64,000 nucleotides of DNA from Balanoglossus misakiensis. Taxonomy: Eukaryota > Animalia > Hemichordata. The stretch is from NCBI GenBank assembly GCA_040954595.2, contig CM082580.2, forward strand, positions 4,578,783 to 4,642,782, written 5' to 3'. Each line of letters begins with the position of its first letter. The first letter of the stretch is position 1. This document shows, piece by piece, positions 45,601 to 58,766 of the stretch. The notes beneath the pieces are model-generated. The model ran no database searches. It saw only the letters and a program-made list of their open reading frames with translations, and was not told the DNA's origin. The position numbers were made by a program, and so were the translations under genes.

Positions 45601-48600
45601 GATTACTGCCTTGCATGTGCTTGTCATGATGCGCAGTATATGATTTAATAAGCAGACATGTATGTGACGGAGTTCACTAAAATGGGCAAGTAAAACTACA
45701 TCATATCATCTTACCAGCGGCACATACTGCAAATACACTTTTCAGTGTGTGCTCAACAGATGTTTAACATTAGCTTTATGACGTGTAAACAACGGCATTA
45801 CACTCCTAAAGAGGGTACTTAAAAGGATCAACCCTGACACCAGACTGCTACTTCTGATCAGACCACTACATTTATTTGGGTTGACATGTATATGATCGGT
45901 ACATTCTCAAATCTGCCAGGCGTATGAGATTTTAATCCAGGGTTGTGGACTATACTGATGAGTATAAGTGTATGATTTGACATGGTGATCGGAGAGATTC
46001 CGACTTTCTTTTGCCTAGGTGCAAATGTGTTTCTCCGAGAAATTACCAAACACATGAAAATCACATTTAACGCACATTACATGTACCTGTTAGCTGTAAA
46101 AAGATATACTGTATTGGCAAACACATCTGTCATCAGTCAGAACATTAATAATACTATAATAAGCATACCTTCATTGGACAGCAAGCAGTATGCCCAATGA
46201 GAAACAATTTCTCAAATCCTTTTGAATTTGTAAATGTAGATAAACCATATTTAAATACATGGAGAGACATACAGATTTATTTTATAGGCAGTTACATAAG
46301 GTATGTATTGTAGTATTATCCATTTACATGCAACTGTTTTTCTTTTCTTTTCGTTACAGAACATAAAGTCATCATTGTAGGACTTGACAATGCAGGGAAA
46401 ACTACTATATTATACCAATTGTAAGTACTAGAATTACATTGACCAAATTACGTACATGTAACCTGATGAAACAGGATAATGTTATGTAAGTCTTTCTTGC
46501 ACCATGAGAAAGGATTTTCACAAGAGAGCTCTATTTAATGTCATGTTTCTTCTTCGATTGCAGTTTGATGAGTGAAGTCGTTCACACATCGCCGACAATA
46601 GGAAGCAATGTAGAAGAAGTAAATTGGAAAAATATTCATTTTTTAATGTGGGACATCGGTGGTCAGGAATCTCTACGGTCAGCGTGGCCGACCTATTACA
46701 CTAACACAGATGTAAGTTGAAAAAAAATTCTCATTTCAGATTCACAATAATCTGGAATAGTTCTATGTGTACATGTGCAATAATTTGTCAGCAATTGAAA
46801 TATTTTGTCTTATTTACCAGAAAACAAACAATATATTGCATTTAAATGAAAAAAGACACTATTGGCTTCTATTGTTTATTTTTATTTTTCTGTCTTTAAT
46901 TCCCATGCTTTCTTTCTTTTACAGTTTGTAATTATTGTAGTAGATAGTACTGACAGGGAACGACTTCACATCACAAAAGAAGAACTTTATAAAATGTTGG
47001 CCCATGAGGTAAGCTGTCAAAGAAATTACATATAACAAGGATGTACATGAAAACATATGAAAACCAGTCATAGAAGAGCAGGAGTCCTGCCTGATGGTTA
47101 GGCATGAGTTGTCTTCAACCACAAGTGTCTGAAGATGTTGAATGGCCTCTACATGTATAGTATGCTATATTGATAAAGGTCGGACGTGAAGACTGGCGAA
47201 AAGCATCAGGCGTTCAGAAATACCTTCAAAACGGCAAATCTTTACTCTGGTCACTGTATTTTCTTGACAGATGCCATATCTCGGTCATAATTCACTGTTT
47301 CGATATTCACCACATTGTTGTAACAACAATCCTTTGTACAGAAACTATTATAAATGGCAGACTGACAACGCGAACAGTGAATTATTGCTGAAATATGGCA
47401 TTTGTGAAACAAATATAGTGACCAGAGTAAAGATTTGAGTTTGAAGGTTTTCGATGTTTTCAGCCGTCTCTCATGTTGGACCTTTGGTTTTTGAGTACAT
47501 ACAATGTACTACAGAGACCGTTCAACATCTTCCAGACACCTGCGTCTTCAACCATTTCATGCCACTCCACTCTGCTCTCTGTATCCCTGCATAAACAACC
47601 ATTCCCAATGTCAAAGTTAGGGGAATTTTCCACATAGGCTGTTACTGAAATTTGACTCTGTTGGTCGAATCAAAAGTAATCTGATCTGTAGAAAAGTATT
47701 GATTGAATGTGAATGTGCAGATCAGTATTAACAAGGTTGCTTTACACATTAATGGGTTATGCTGAGGTGAAATGTATTTCAGTTCACATTTTTTAATGGA
47801 AACACTTGTTTTTTCTGCTCAGAAAAACATCTGCTCTACATTACATATGTACCTGCATACACATATGTAAAAACTTGTAATGTAGAGAAATACTATTTTT
47901 AGGACCATATTGGATTGTTTGAGTGTGTATTAAAAGTACATATGGCAAATGAATTTTAGAATGGATAGCAGTTTGTCAAACAGGTTTCATTTTCATCCCA
48001 CAAAGGCATTGGTAGTCTATTCATTTATATTCTGTGAGGTGTTGCTATTATTTTGATATTTTGGTTTTAATCCCACCACTGCCAATTTTGTTGAGTAGAC
48101 CAAAAATCAGTTGAATCTCATAGGTCGTATCCCTCTTATTAATTGCATCATAAATATGACACATTCCAGCATAAATCTTGTGTTACATGTGTGCAACTGC
48201 ATCAGATACAGTGCACTTGTAGTAAGTGCATGTCCCTCAGCCCAAATGTGCACCATCCTTGCCAGGAGCAAAATTATCAAACAGTGAATTGCCTCGTAAT
48301 TGCAAAAGTTCTCGTCAGATGATGAGCATATAACATTGACCTGTAGACAGTTTTGACTCTTGCCTATGATTCCATTTTGAGGGAAATAAACCCTCTCAAC
48401 CATTCTTGAGAAAGGGTTCTAATTCTGATCTAATGGCATTTTCAAGACCGTTCATGGCTTACTCTGATTCATTTCAGGATTTAAAACACGCATCAGTACT
48501 AGTTTACGCCAATAAACAAGACATCAAAGGGTCAATGTCGGCGGCAGAGATCTCCCAACAGTTGAATCTCACTTCAATAAAAGACCACGGCTGGCATATA

Positions 48601-49153
48601 CAGGCATGCTGTGCTCTTACTGGGGAAGGGTGAGTTCATCTTTTTTTCTGTTTTTTGTGTGTGTGATGATTAGTGTATTTCTTTAGGGGGTCATGAGACT
48701 CATAGACTTGGTGACAATTAATTATTGATTGGAGCTGGTGTTGTTATATACGGTGGGCATGTAACAGTCAGTATGTGGGTTTCCCATTGGATTTGTGATT
48801 CTACAATAATTATAGACAGTAGAAAGTATCTTTAATGCTTGTGAAACTGCCATGATGAAGCTGCCATACACAGATTATTTTGACAAATGAAAGCTCTCAG
48901 TGAAATGTTTATTGTGTGTGAATAGTGCCACTTCAGTTGTTTATTCTCGTCTAATAAACTTTGCAAATTTATCATGAATTTTGATGTCTGTGCCGTTCTT
49001 CCTACAGGTAGTAGCTGCAAGGTTTCTTCTGTGAAATTTAATTCAACAATATTACTATCAGTGTCATTGCTTTATAACTTACAATATCTTTTTTGCCCCT
49101 CTTGTAGGTTGTACAGTGGTTTAGAATGGGTCACACATCAGATCAAGAGGTGA
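39698..49153 (+). CDS. ARL5: ADP-ribosylation factor-like GTPase 5, 6 exons, 178 aa
   Basis: Exons 39698-39743, 46360-46420, 46564-46711, 46925-47008, 48478-48629, 49108-49153. Sequence [36 protein letters not shown]...[14 protein letters not shown]...[10 protein letters not shown]...ANKQD...[11 protein letters not shown]. Confidence 0.97.
43461..45181. mobile_element. 1.7-kb non-autonomous Tc1/mariner-like element in ARL5 intron 1
   Basis: Perfect 27-bp TIR CAGTGCAGCTTAGGAATAGCTTTCCAA, TA on both sides, subterminal GTTAAC/GTTGACGCA repeats; no transposase ORF seen. Confidence 0.85.
47122..47542. mobile_element. Foldback MITE with long imperfect TIRs and 11-12-bp flanking direct repeats
   Basis: GTGTCTGAAGATGTTGAA / TTCAACATCTTCCAGACAC; internal AAATCTTTACTCTGGTCACT / AGTGACCAGAGTAAAGATTT; flanks (T/C)GTCTTCAACCA. 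Confidence 0.8.
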
Positions 49154-51294
49154 TACAAGTCCACCTAGGATTTTATTTTAGAACACTTTTCAAGTTAAAG
49201 ATATTTATAGATCCTACTACATGTACTCCATTTCTACTTGGGGTAAAAAAAAACTTTGTCCAGTTAATTTAAGTATTACATTTTGAGACCATTTATAACC
49301 TTACAACAGACATTTTCAGTGTCTTTGGATAAATTAATTTCATTGACTTATTGTAAAAGTCATTGTTTTGTTTTGTTTATGCAATGTTTTGTTCCGTATG
49401 ATTTTGATCTGAAATATCTTTGTTCAGTGCAACATTAACAGTGCCATAAAGCAGGTTCAGTGATGTAGAGTCTCTGAGACGCTAACTTAGCATCATGTTA
49501 GGCTTCGATTTATTCAAAACGGATGGCGATACTGGTTCTAATTCTTGTAATGGCACCATTGTAGACAGGGTTACCAATTGTACTCTGTAACACACGTGGT
49601 CCGTAGACTGTGTAATCTCATTCGTCAATTGATAGTCAAGTGGTGTGCGTTCTTTTTGTGCTGGTGCCTGTCAGGCATCGGTTCCGAAAAATAATGCTCG
49701 CTCACTTTGTGTATGGTGAGTTCTTATGCATGGCTGCAGATGAGGTGTGTTACAAAACACACATTGACTGGCTTTTCGGGCAACAGTATACGTCTGTCAC
49801 CCCTCGGGACTGTGAGTCACCCCCCAAAACAGACTGTTTCACTCGACCTTCGGCCTATTTTTTTTGGGGGGGGGGGGGTGTCTCAAAATCCCACGGGTTA
49901 CAGACGTATGCTGTTGCCCTCATGGTCAGTCAATATGTGTATAATGAAGAACACAGTAAACAGAGCGCATTGCATGCTCATCCCACAATAAATAATGTGG
50001 TTTTACCAAGTTTGATATTTTTTTCCCCAGAGAAAAGGTTTATTGAACTTCCATAGAGATAGCCCTACTGTCTGAAAATGCTAATTCCAGAATAGTCGCT
50101 TGTTGTCAATATATGAAGGCACCTGAAGAACGCAGCCAACTTCAATCTCAGTGAGAAAAAAAATTGGAGGTCAGAGAGGCAACAAGTGTTCCCCTTCGTG
50201 TATTTCTGCAGTTTTATAAATGACAACTCACTAAAATTTGAATTTGGCGACTAGGAACAGTCTGGAAATTTTCACATGTTACAGTGGTGGTTTGCAGTAG
50301 TACATGCTGGTGTGTTACAAGTCGGCAAAGTTCACTTTTGACGAAGAGGTTTGCATGTTTAAGCAACCACTCACTGTAAACACACCAATCAGATATCTCT
50401 GTCTCTTCCAGAGAAACAGTTCTGAAATATCAGGTCTGCTTTATTCTTACTCCTTTTTACGGAGATTTTAAAATTTCCTTTCTGTGGACACGTCACCATT
50501 TTAATTTCCTTGTTTTATGTCCAGTTGTTAAGTCCGTACCTATGGCAAGCCAAAAATAAAACGTCATGACAACCAGTCTGCAGAAAAGAATTTATTACAG
50601 GTACTTGTGACTTGATTGTCAAAAATGTATCATTTTTGTACCTAATAATCAAGTTTTTCATGAGCAGTCTAACTTGCCATTTTAGCCCAACATCTTTGTG
50701 TACATAAGCCAGTAAGAGTGAAATGTGTATTTTGTAACATACAGCCTATGTCAGTAAAACTACTTGTACATTTTCTTGATGTAGTTGTATTTGTTTCGGA
50801 TTTGCTTCATTTGCAATGGCATTAAACTATTTCTGTACCGTCTTTTAAATTTGCACAATGTAACGTTCAAACCTCCATTATGTTTGCTGTTTTTTAAGTG
50901 TTGGTTAAAATCATTTCAATTGATGACTTTACTGTGATGGGTAACCTATTGTAACTACAGTGGAACCTGTCTGGGTGCAGAAAATCTGTCGGTAATAGAC
51001 AGGTTTCACTGTAAACTGAATTCTTTGCTGTTTGGGCTGGGAATTGGAAAGGGTACTGTCATTCAGTCTGTTTACATTTAATGATTGAATACAAGATGGC
51101 TGCATAAAATGCTCTCGGGCAATGTGCAACAGTCCTTAAAAAAACTGCAAGTCGTTTCTGAAAGCTGTAGTGTGCTGATTTTTTCACTCTTCTGGAAATG
51201 GTTAGCTTGTCTTGGGAATGTGTGTAAAGTTAAGGGTTTTATAAAATTAGTTTATTCATTAAATGTACATGTTTAGACAATGTAGTGTCTTTTC

Positions 51295-51443
51295 TAGACT
51301 CTTTCACAGCCTACGCAGACTTACTGTTGGTCTGATTGAATGTGCGTAACACCATAAGGTGCTTATTCTTAACAGCTGAGGGTGCATCATTGTTTCAACA
51401 CGTAAAGAGCCTAGTAGCGAACCATGGGCTGTGAGAGAGTCTA
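51295..51443. mobile_element. Second copy of the TAG...CTA MITE family
   Basis: TAGACTCTTTCACAGCC...GGGCTGTGAGAGAGTCTA; degenerate 9-bp TSD TGTCTTTTC / TGACTTTCC. Confidence 0.8.
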
Positions 51444-52477
51444 TGACTTTCCATTGGACAATAAGTAGGGATGAGCAGAGGCTCACCTGTTGCGTTGAGG
51501 GCGCTGTTGCTAAGTACCTCAATTTCTCTAAAACTTGATCAAGATTTGCTGCAAGGGGTAAAATAATTTGTTTTCTGTAGAATTGTCAATTTTCAACCAA
51601 ATGTCCAATATTTATAAATACCCTTGTGGTGTTATGGGGACATTCCACTCATTTGGATAGGGGTGACAGGCATGAGAGAGTTATAGAAGTGCCTTTTTGT
51701 ATCTTCTGTCAATTCCTGTAAACCTTGCTTGGGGAATTGGAATGCGTGGTCATTCAGTTTACCAATTCTTGTACAAGTACCTTATATTTACTAGAGCACT
51801 TTTACAAACAGGAAATGGCTAACCAAACTGCTTTTGCAATGTTCTGCGACCAAACTGGTCACCATTACATGACACTTTGAAAAAAAATCATACTGTGTCC
51901 TTGGATAAAGTTATTGCTACAGGAGTCCTTAGTGGGTTGTTTTTTTCCCCCATTGCAGGGTGAGTTGGAGAATATCAAGATGTTTACCTTTATTGTAGAC
52001 TGATTTTCCGTTACTTTTAATTATGTGTAAACATGCTTCCTGATGTTTACTTTCTGAAAAATGTATCTTTTGTTGTCCATCAGAGATATTAAACTATAAT
52101 TGAATACATGTCATACATATGTGTCTGTGGATTGACTGTGCCAAGTATAGTACAGAAACACATCAAAGGAACATAGTCTCTCTCTCGCTGCCCTTTTTCC
52201 ATTAATTATGTTTGATAAAGGACGGGAAAACACCATGCAGTGTACCAAGCATTGTCCTTACGGAGCTATCGACTCTACTTATTAGTACTTGAGCGTGTGG
52301 CTATGCGTGCATATAATTATCAAACCCCACCAATAGGGCTTTCGTCTACTGATATTCGATTGTGACTGGCTGCTTCGTTGCGCCACTAAGTGAACGAGAG
52401 TTCAAAGTGAACGAGAGTTCACATCCACATGAGCGTGATCAGAACGTAGGCGAGATTCACCTTTTTGAATCCCAAAC

Positions 52478-53717
52478 TCGAATGCGATAAGAACTCAACT
52501 TTCAATTTTTCATCATCTTTTTTCGTTTAAATCATTTTCGTCTTACTCCCACAAAGATATATAACCGTAAGAGCGTTTTCTCCCCAGTCTAAATCGAGTG
52601 ATGTATTCCGAAGATCAGTCCGAAGCTTACCGAACCGAACTGAACAAACGAAACGGCAAGCGAATGAATCGAACAGTTCTAACAGCGCGTTGTACGTCAC
52701 ACAGAGAACGCTTTTTCGATTGGCCGTTAAGTTATGTCGTCACTCTCACGTGGAAAGTAGTCCACCACTGATTGGCTAAAAGTTGGTTGCCACGGACGAC
52801 ATCGCCGTTGCTTTGTTGATCTTGTACACACGACGGCGTTGCCACCCATTCTGTATCTGTTGTCAAACGTAGTACAGTCGCCGTCACCAGACGTGCCGAT
52901 AAAGCGCTGATTTTCTGCGAAAAAAGTAAGTAAGCCATTTTTTGGAAATGTTTATATAGATGACTGGCGTACTTCATAGGCTTACAACTTTTTATCAGCC
53001 GGGACCTATCAGATTTTTAGGAGAAAAATGTGTTGCTTGATGTTGCGGAACGCCGTGACAGAAACGTCCTTACTCCCGGCCAGGCTCCCGAAGGTCTCCA
53101 CTTGTTAATAATCGTAAATCGAATGCGATAAGAACGCATCTTTAATGTTTTGCATCATTATTTTCACTTTAAAAAATCGTCACCACATTTTCATAAAGAC
53201 ATAAACTTGTGAATGTTCTCTCAGTCAAAATCGAGTGATAGATTTCCGAGATCAGTCCGAAAGTTGCCGAACTGAACAGTCGAAAAATAGCGAACTTACC
53301 GAATTGGAATTTCTAACGCGTACGGCGCGTTCTACGTCACATATAGAACTCTTCTTCGATTGGCCATAAACGTGCATGACGTATGTCGTGAAAATGGCGT
53401 TCACAGTCACTGATTGGCTAAAAGTTAGTTACCACGGACGACAACGCCGTTGCTTTGTTGATCGTGTACACACGACGGCGTTGCCACCCATTGCATGCAT
53501 TGTGTATCTATCGTCAAACGTAGTACAGGCGTTGTCACCAGAGGTGCCGATAAAGCGCTGATTTTCTGCGAAAAAGGTAAGTAAGCCAGTATTGGAAATG
53601 TTTATATAGACGAATAGCGTACTTCATAGGTTTACAACGTTTTATCACAAGGAAATTTCGGATTTCTCAGGAGAAATGTTTTTTCTTTGTGTCACGGAAC
53701 GCTGTGATAGAATCGTT
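52478..53717. repeat. Diverged ~640-bp tandem duplication, probably transposon-internal
   Basis: TCGAATGCGATAAGAAC...CGGAACGC(C/T)GTGA occurs at 52478-53068 and 53119-53717. Confidence 0.85.
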
Positions 53718-54953
53718 CGCGGCCAGACTTTTAGGGTGCGCTAATGATAATACATGTAATAATACTTGTAAATCGACTACAAGTGGATAGAATTGTAGGA
53801 CTTGGCTGGTGTAATTTTAATATTGCGTTGGGAGCATTACATTAAAAAATGGAGGGGGGGGGGGGGTCTTCACCACTGCGGAAACTCGTATCGGCAAAAG
53901 CGTGAACGGAAAGTTAACATCAAGTTCCGCTTATATCGTGTCGTTCAAGATATTGTCGGAATAAATTAGGGTAAACAATAATTTAATCATGCTCGGTTTT
54001 TATCCATCTCTGGGAGACACAGGAGGAAATTATCAAATTTTGCTCAGGTTTAAATAAATATGCTATCTTCTGAACGCACTTCGCAAATATCCGAACACGA
54101 TCTCCGAAAGCTCTCGAAACTAAACGATGTCAAACATGGTGAATACTTACGCAAAATCACTATCTGATTGATTGGTTGCATGCGCAGTCACATAAAGATC
54201 TCTGATAGCCGATTGGTAGACACAGTCGGGTAACGGGGTTCTTCATATTTATATTCCCATGTTCCGTTTGCGACCAGATTCCGAGTTTGCGTGTTGCTAC
54301 TTGACAACATCACCGTCCTAAAAACTCGCTCAGTGTTCGGGAGTTCCACGGTGTTCTATCTTGTTCCACACCCAGGCGTTCGCGCGTGCTCACGCAAATC
54401 ATTACCCGCGTTCTACATTCAGACCCAGTGCGCGCCGTTCGCGTATTTTCCCCCACCCGCAGTTCATATTCAGTGTTCAGTTGAAAACTCTCACCACAGT
54501 AGATGTAGCCTACATACTCGACATATTTATCATTTTGTTTTATTTTGTTTTGGTCAAACAATGACAGAAATACCACATTCTCCCCAAGTATAACGAAAAC
54601 TAATCGTTTTGTGCGCATTTCTATTGGTATGCAATTATCCCATAATAGTTCCAAATGTGTCAGAAAAAACACTTACACAGATTTGTGGCGCTTTTGTAAA
54701 TACAGTACAACATAAGCAACCTTTTTGAGACCCAAACGTAAATATTTGTGATCATACCCTTCCATATTCTATAATTCATAGGTCAAATACAAACAGTTCT
54801 GGAACACAGACATAAACGTATATTGGAGAAAAATTTCTAGTATGGTGATAGTGCACAAACAATAAAACACGTATTTCTCATATTTACGTTTTTCTCTTTA
54901 AAAATGGTATAATTTCTTCGGGTTAAAATATATTGTCATGTGTCTTTATGTAA

Positions 54954-55808
54954 TCACCGTTTTGAAAATACCGCCCAATAAAACTTAAGCCTTTGTCTGC
55001 TGAAGCCAAGCCTTGAAAACGCTTTGTCCCGATGCGGGGATGCATTTTTATCAGAGAGAAATAAAAACATATTCTCCTCCGGGTGTAATTGGGTTAGTTC
55101 AGCCAGAGCCTTAGATGCTACGTGGAATACAAGACCTTTCTTGCGGTACTCCGGATATGTATAGGCGAATCCCACATCACCATAGTCTTTGGTGATACAC
55201 CATGCAATAGGCCTGCCAGCCTTATCATAAACCGCGTTACTGGGCTGATATTTTAAAATATTTTCAAAGATTGGCATCGTTACCCTCTTTCTTTCTCGCC
55301 AGGTCTTTTCAAGAGTACCACCGTGTTTAAAGCTAAGCGTCCCATCTGTAAATCCCAGCGGCAACTCTATTTCGCAAGACTGCACCGAAGAACTCCGGTA
55401 TTCACTGGCAGCAAAGGTGGCCAAGTCCATTTCTAGACCGTGTTCTCTGCATATGCGTGTCAGTGGCGTTTTATGAAACTCGGGCACGGCCTCGAACATG
55501 ACTTTATTCTGTGCCCAGTCGACAATGCCTGGTTGCCTCAGCATTTGCTCGAGCCTCCCGAAGTCCCTTGAACACATGAAGTACACTCTTTGAAAAGGTG
55601 GCGTGTAGAAGCCTTTCTTCACACACACAACGGCCCCAAGCTCTTCATAGTTGTCCGTATCTGAATACACCTCCAGACACGGCCAGGCGTTTTGGCTCGC
55701 GTGACTGTTCCTTATCAGATTGTAAACAGCGGTGCACAGTGGTAGCCATGACTTCTTCATGTGCTTCAGTAACTCTGGGATGTTTGCACTGGTCACCAGC
55801 CTGGCCAT
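54954..55808 (-). CDS. Glycine N-acyltransferase-like GNAT protein, intronless CDS
   Basis: N-terminal LLKHMKKSWLPLCTAVYNLI...WP and VDWAQ..MFEAV; C-terminal GRPIAWC...YGDVGFAYTYPEYRKKGL (acyl-CoA motif A) and F.RLGF. Acceptor TGTTTTCAG just upstream of ATG 55808. Confidence 0.8.
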   Translation of the reverse strand: MARLVTSANIPELLKHMKKSWLPLCTAVYNLIRNSHASQNAWPCLEVYSDTDNYEELGAVVCVKKGFYTPPFQRVYFMCSRDFGRLEQMLRQPGIVDWAQNKVMFEAVPEFHKTPLTRICREHGLEMDLATFAASEYRSSSVQSCEIELPLGFTDGTLSFKHGGTLEKTWRERKRVTMPIFENILKYQPSNAVYDKAGRPIAWCITKDYGDVGFAYTYPEYRKKGLVFHVASKALAELTQLHPEENMFLFLSDKNASPHRDKAFSRLGFSRQRLKFYWAVFSKR

Positions 55809-58766
55809 GTTTGCCGTTCTTCTGTGTGACTCTAGCTGAAAACATGAAACACAATTTTGGTTGTCACATCTGCTGTTTGTGTGCTGCTTAAAATAGGCAT
55901 TTTGTGGAGTTCCGAGGAATGATGAAATTTCTATTTTAGTGACACACATTCATCTATTAATTGGATTTGCAGATAATACCAGTGGTGTTAATTTGTTTAC
56001 CACACCAGCAATGGGATCCAGAAAAGTGGATATCTCCTGCTATCCTTAGAATCTTAATAAGGATAGCACCACACCAACATATTATAAATAAAACTTACAT
56101 TTAAAAAAGCTCATTGTATTTGGATACATGATGGAATGCGACAGGCTAGAATCGCTAAATGTGATCATAATGGTGGCAACTTTCTGTGTATACAAAGCAA
56201 GAATTATTAACGAAAATAACATGGTGATTATTAATCGATGAGTTAACGTCCATTCAACAGATAAAAAATGATGGAAAAATTCAAGAGTGTCCAAGTCTCC
56301 TTTGAGATTTGTAAAATTACCATAGAGTTCACCACAAGTATATGTATTAAAAATATTGATAATGAACAGCAACATTGTAAAGTTGGGTTTTGCATTTATA
56401 ACTTACTTTATAATATTCGTTGCAATCCGTTGCTTCGTGTTCTGATGTTTTTCTTGCCTGGGTGTCAAGTATATACTCGTTCTTATCCTTTATTATAATA
56501 TGCTTGGTTTAATCATCAACTTGAAGACCTGGATCTAGACTCTATCGCAGTCGCTCTGCCTGTTGATAAGGATTGGAAGTTTGTGTAGCCGAACCTGTCA
56601 ACTCTCTTTATATCAACATTCCCTAGATACATAAACATGTACGTGTGCAGCATTGCTGCTGCTAATATATGGATTCAAGTCAGAACTTATTTATACAATA
56701 TTTCAAGTGATATACCCTGGAGGTCGCGTTGCCCTATATTGGTCGTACGATTGTCATACCATGGGTCATGATCGACGCGAAATAAGGCGTACTAGCTGTG
56801 CTGTCATTGGACACATTTTGTCCAGTCAAAATCTCCGTCTGTACCGCGTGTCATGGCTTGGACGCGTTTTGTCCAAGCCTTGGTTCATTCACGCCATCTA
56901 CCGTTCACGTTCACATTGAAAAACGTTTGGCTAATGTTTACAAAATGACAAAAAATAAATGAACGTGTTTGTTTTTGTCACTATGAGATATACAGCTAAC
57001 AAGGCACACAAAGGCACACAAATGAGAACCTATCTCCACTTAAAAATGCAACATCGTTTACGTGAACGCCAGAGTAAACACAACATTCGATGATGTCATC
57101 ATGAAAATTTGTGATGTTCCCGTTCATTATGACGGCGACAACGCTGCAGAGCATTTGGCAGTACCGGTAGAAGGTCATTCCGTGCTCTAATAACGACTAT
57201 AGTCCAGCCCCAGTCCACAATTATGTACACACACAGTCACTCGACATCAAATAAGTTATTTAAATGATACAGTCTTTTATTACTCTATAGTCAGTGGTGC
57301 TTTACAGCAGGTCTTACAACTATTACTTTGACATAAGAGAATCCTGACTGGTGTGTTTTTGGCTAGGCTTAAACACCTATTCCAGACTAATGCACAGTTG
57401 AATACCATTATTAATAACACCAACAATTGTTATTATATTATTAATATCAAGCAGCATATGAATCTTGTACAGTCTTATTGGTGTATCTCAATTGTTTCGA
57501 AATTTTAAAATGGAAACATGGCACTATCATTTTATTGTTATTTTGTTGAACACAATGTGTAGGTTTAAGTGGTAAGTTTTGTTATTATGGTCAAACTGTG
57601 CAAAAATTGACAAAGTCAGATGATAATCCAAGAAAAATAACTCAGAGTATTCTGATATGCACTGACTACACTGTTTGAAGATATTCTCATATGGACAAAA
57701 TTTATTAAATTGAATTATGACTAAGTTATTCATATAACTAAGCTGAAGAATGTTATCGTGCTTACCGTTTTACCTTCACAAAGTAACTATTACAGTGTAA
57801 AACATTATATTTTTATCAAAATATTTTACAAAACAGAAATTATCTTCTATAAAGAGTAAGAATCTCATACCACTACACTGGTAAATTATCATAGAAAATT
57901 CAAGAGCTTTCTTTCATTTTCAGTGTAAACGGTACGTGATGATTATTTCAGAATGTAGAAAAAGACAATGAAGAGACGATAAAAAGCAAGACAAAACAGT
58001 GTGTGTGTAGGTATTCGTGGAATGAGGCAAATTTCAACAGAAGTTCTATATCTATTTTTGCTTTTAAACTAAGAAGAGTTGAATTATCTGTATAATCATG
58101 TATTAATTTTTTAAATGTAATATTATTTTCCAACACAAGTCACATTACCATCAGTCACTTTCCTACTTTTTACACCGCACTATTGTTTATGTTGCATGCA
58201 GTTACTATGTCCGTGAATCAGTGCAGATTTGTAAATGTAATATGTGGACTGGTATTTTACTTGTTTTTGAAAGTAAAATGAATGTAAATCTGATTCATTT
58301 TTGGCATACTGCACCTATTTCTTTGAATTTGATAACCACGTAGTTGATAACGATTTCCCTTTGGACAACCTGGCATTTTGTTCATAAACATATGTAACAT
58401 TACCGCAGCTATGCCAGATGGTGTGCGTCATAATGTAGCATGTGTGTGCAGCACTGAAACTAACCTTAAATCTAATTTTATAGTCATTTAATCAAAAATC
58501 CAAAAAGAACCTTATGATCGATTAAACGTTCGAAGGAAAAAACATTGGCCATTGAATGTATCGACGCAAATTTCATTTTCATTGAATAAGCAAAGGGGGT
58601 TATCTGAGTCCTGGGGAATTCCCATTCGTTCTGGCTTGTTATAAAAAGCCACTAGCATACTGTCAAGTGTAATCATACTAAGAAACGAACGAGACCGTCT
58701 CTTTCTAAGAGTCACAGAAGATCAAATATCGGTAAATTGGTTTGTAAAGAGAACTGCAATATAACT

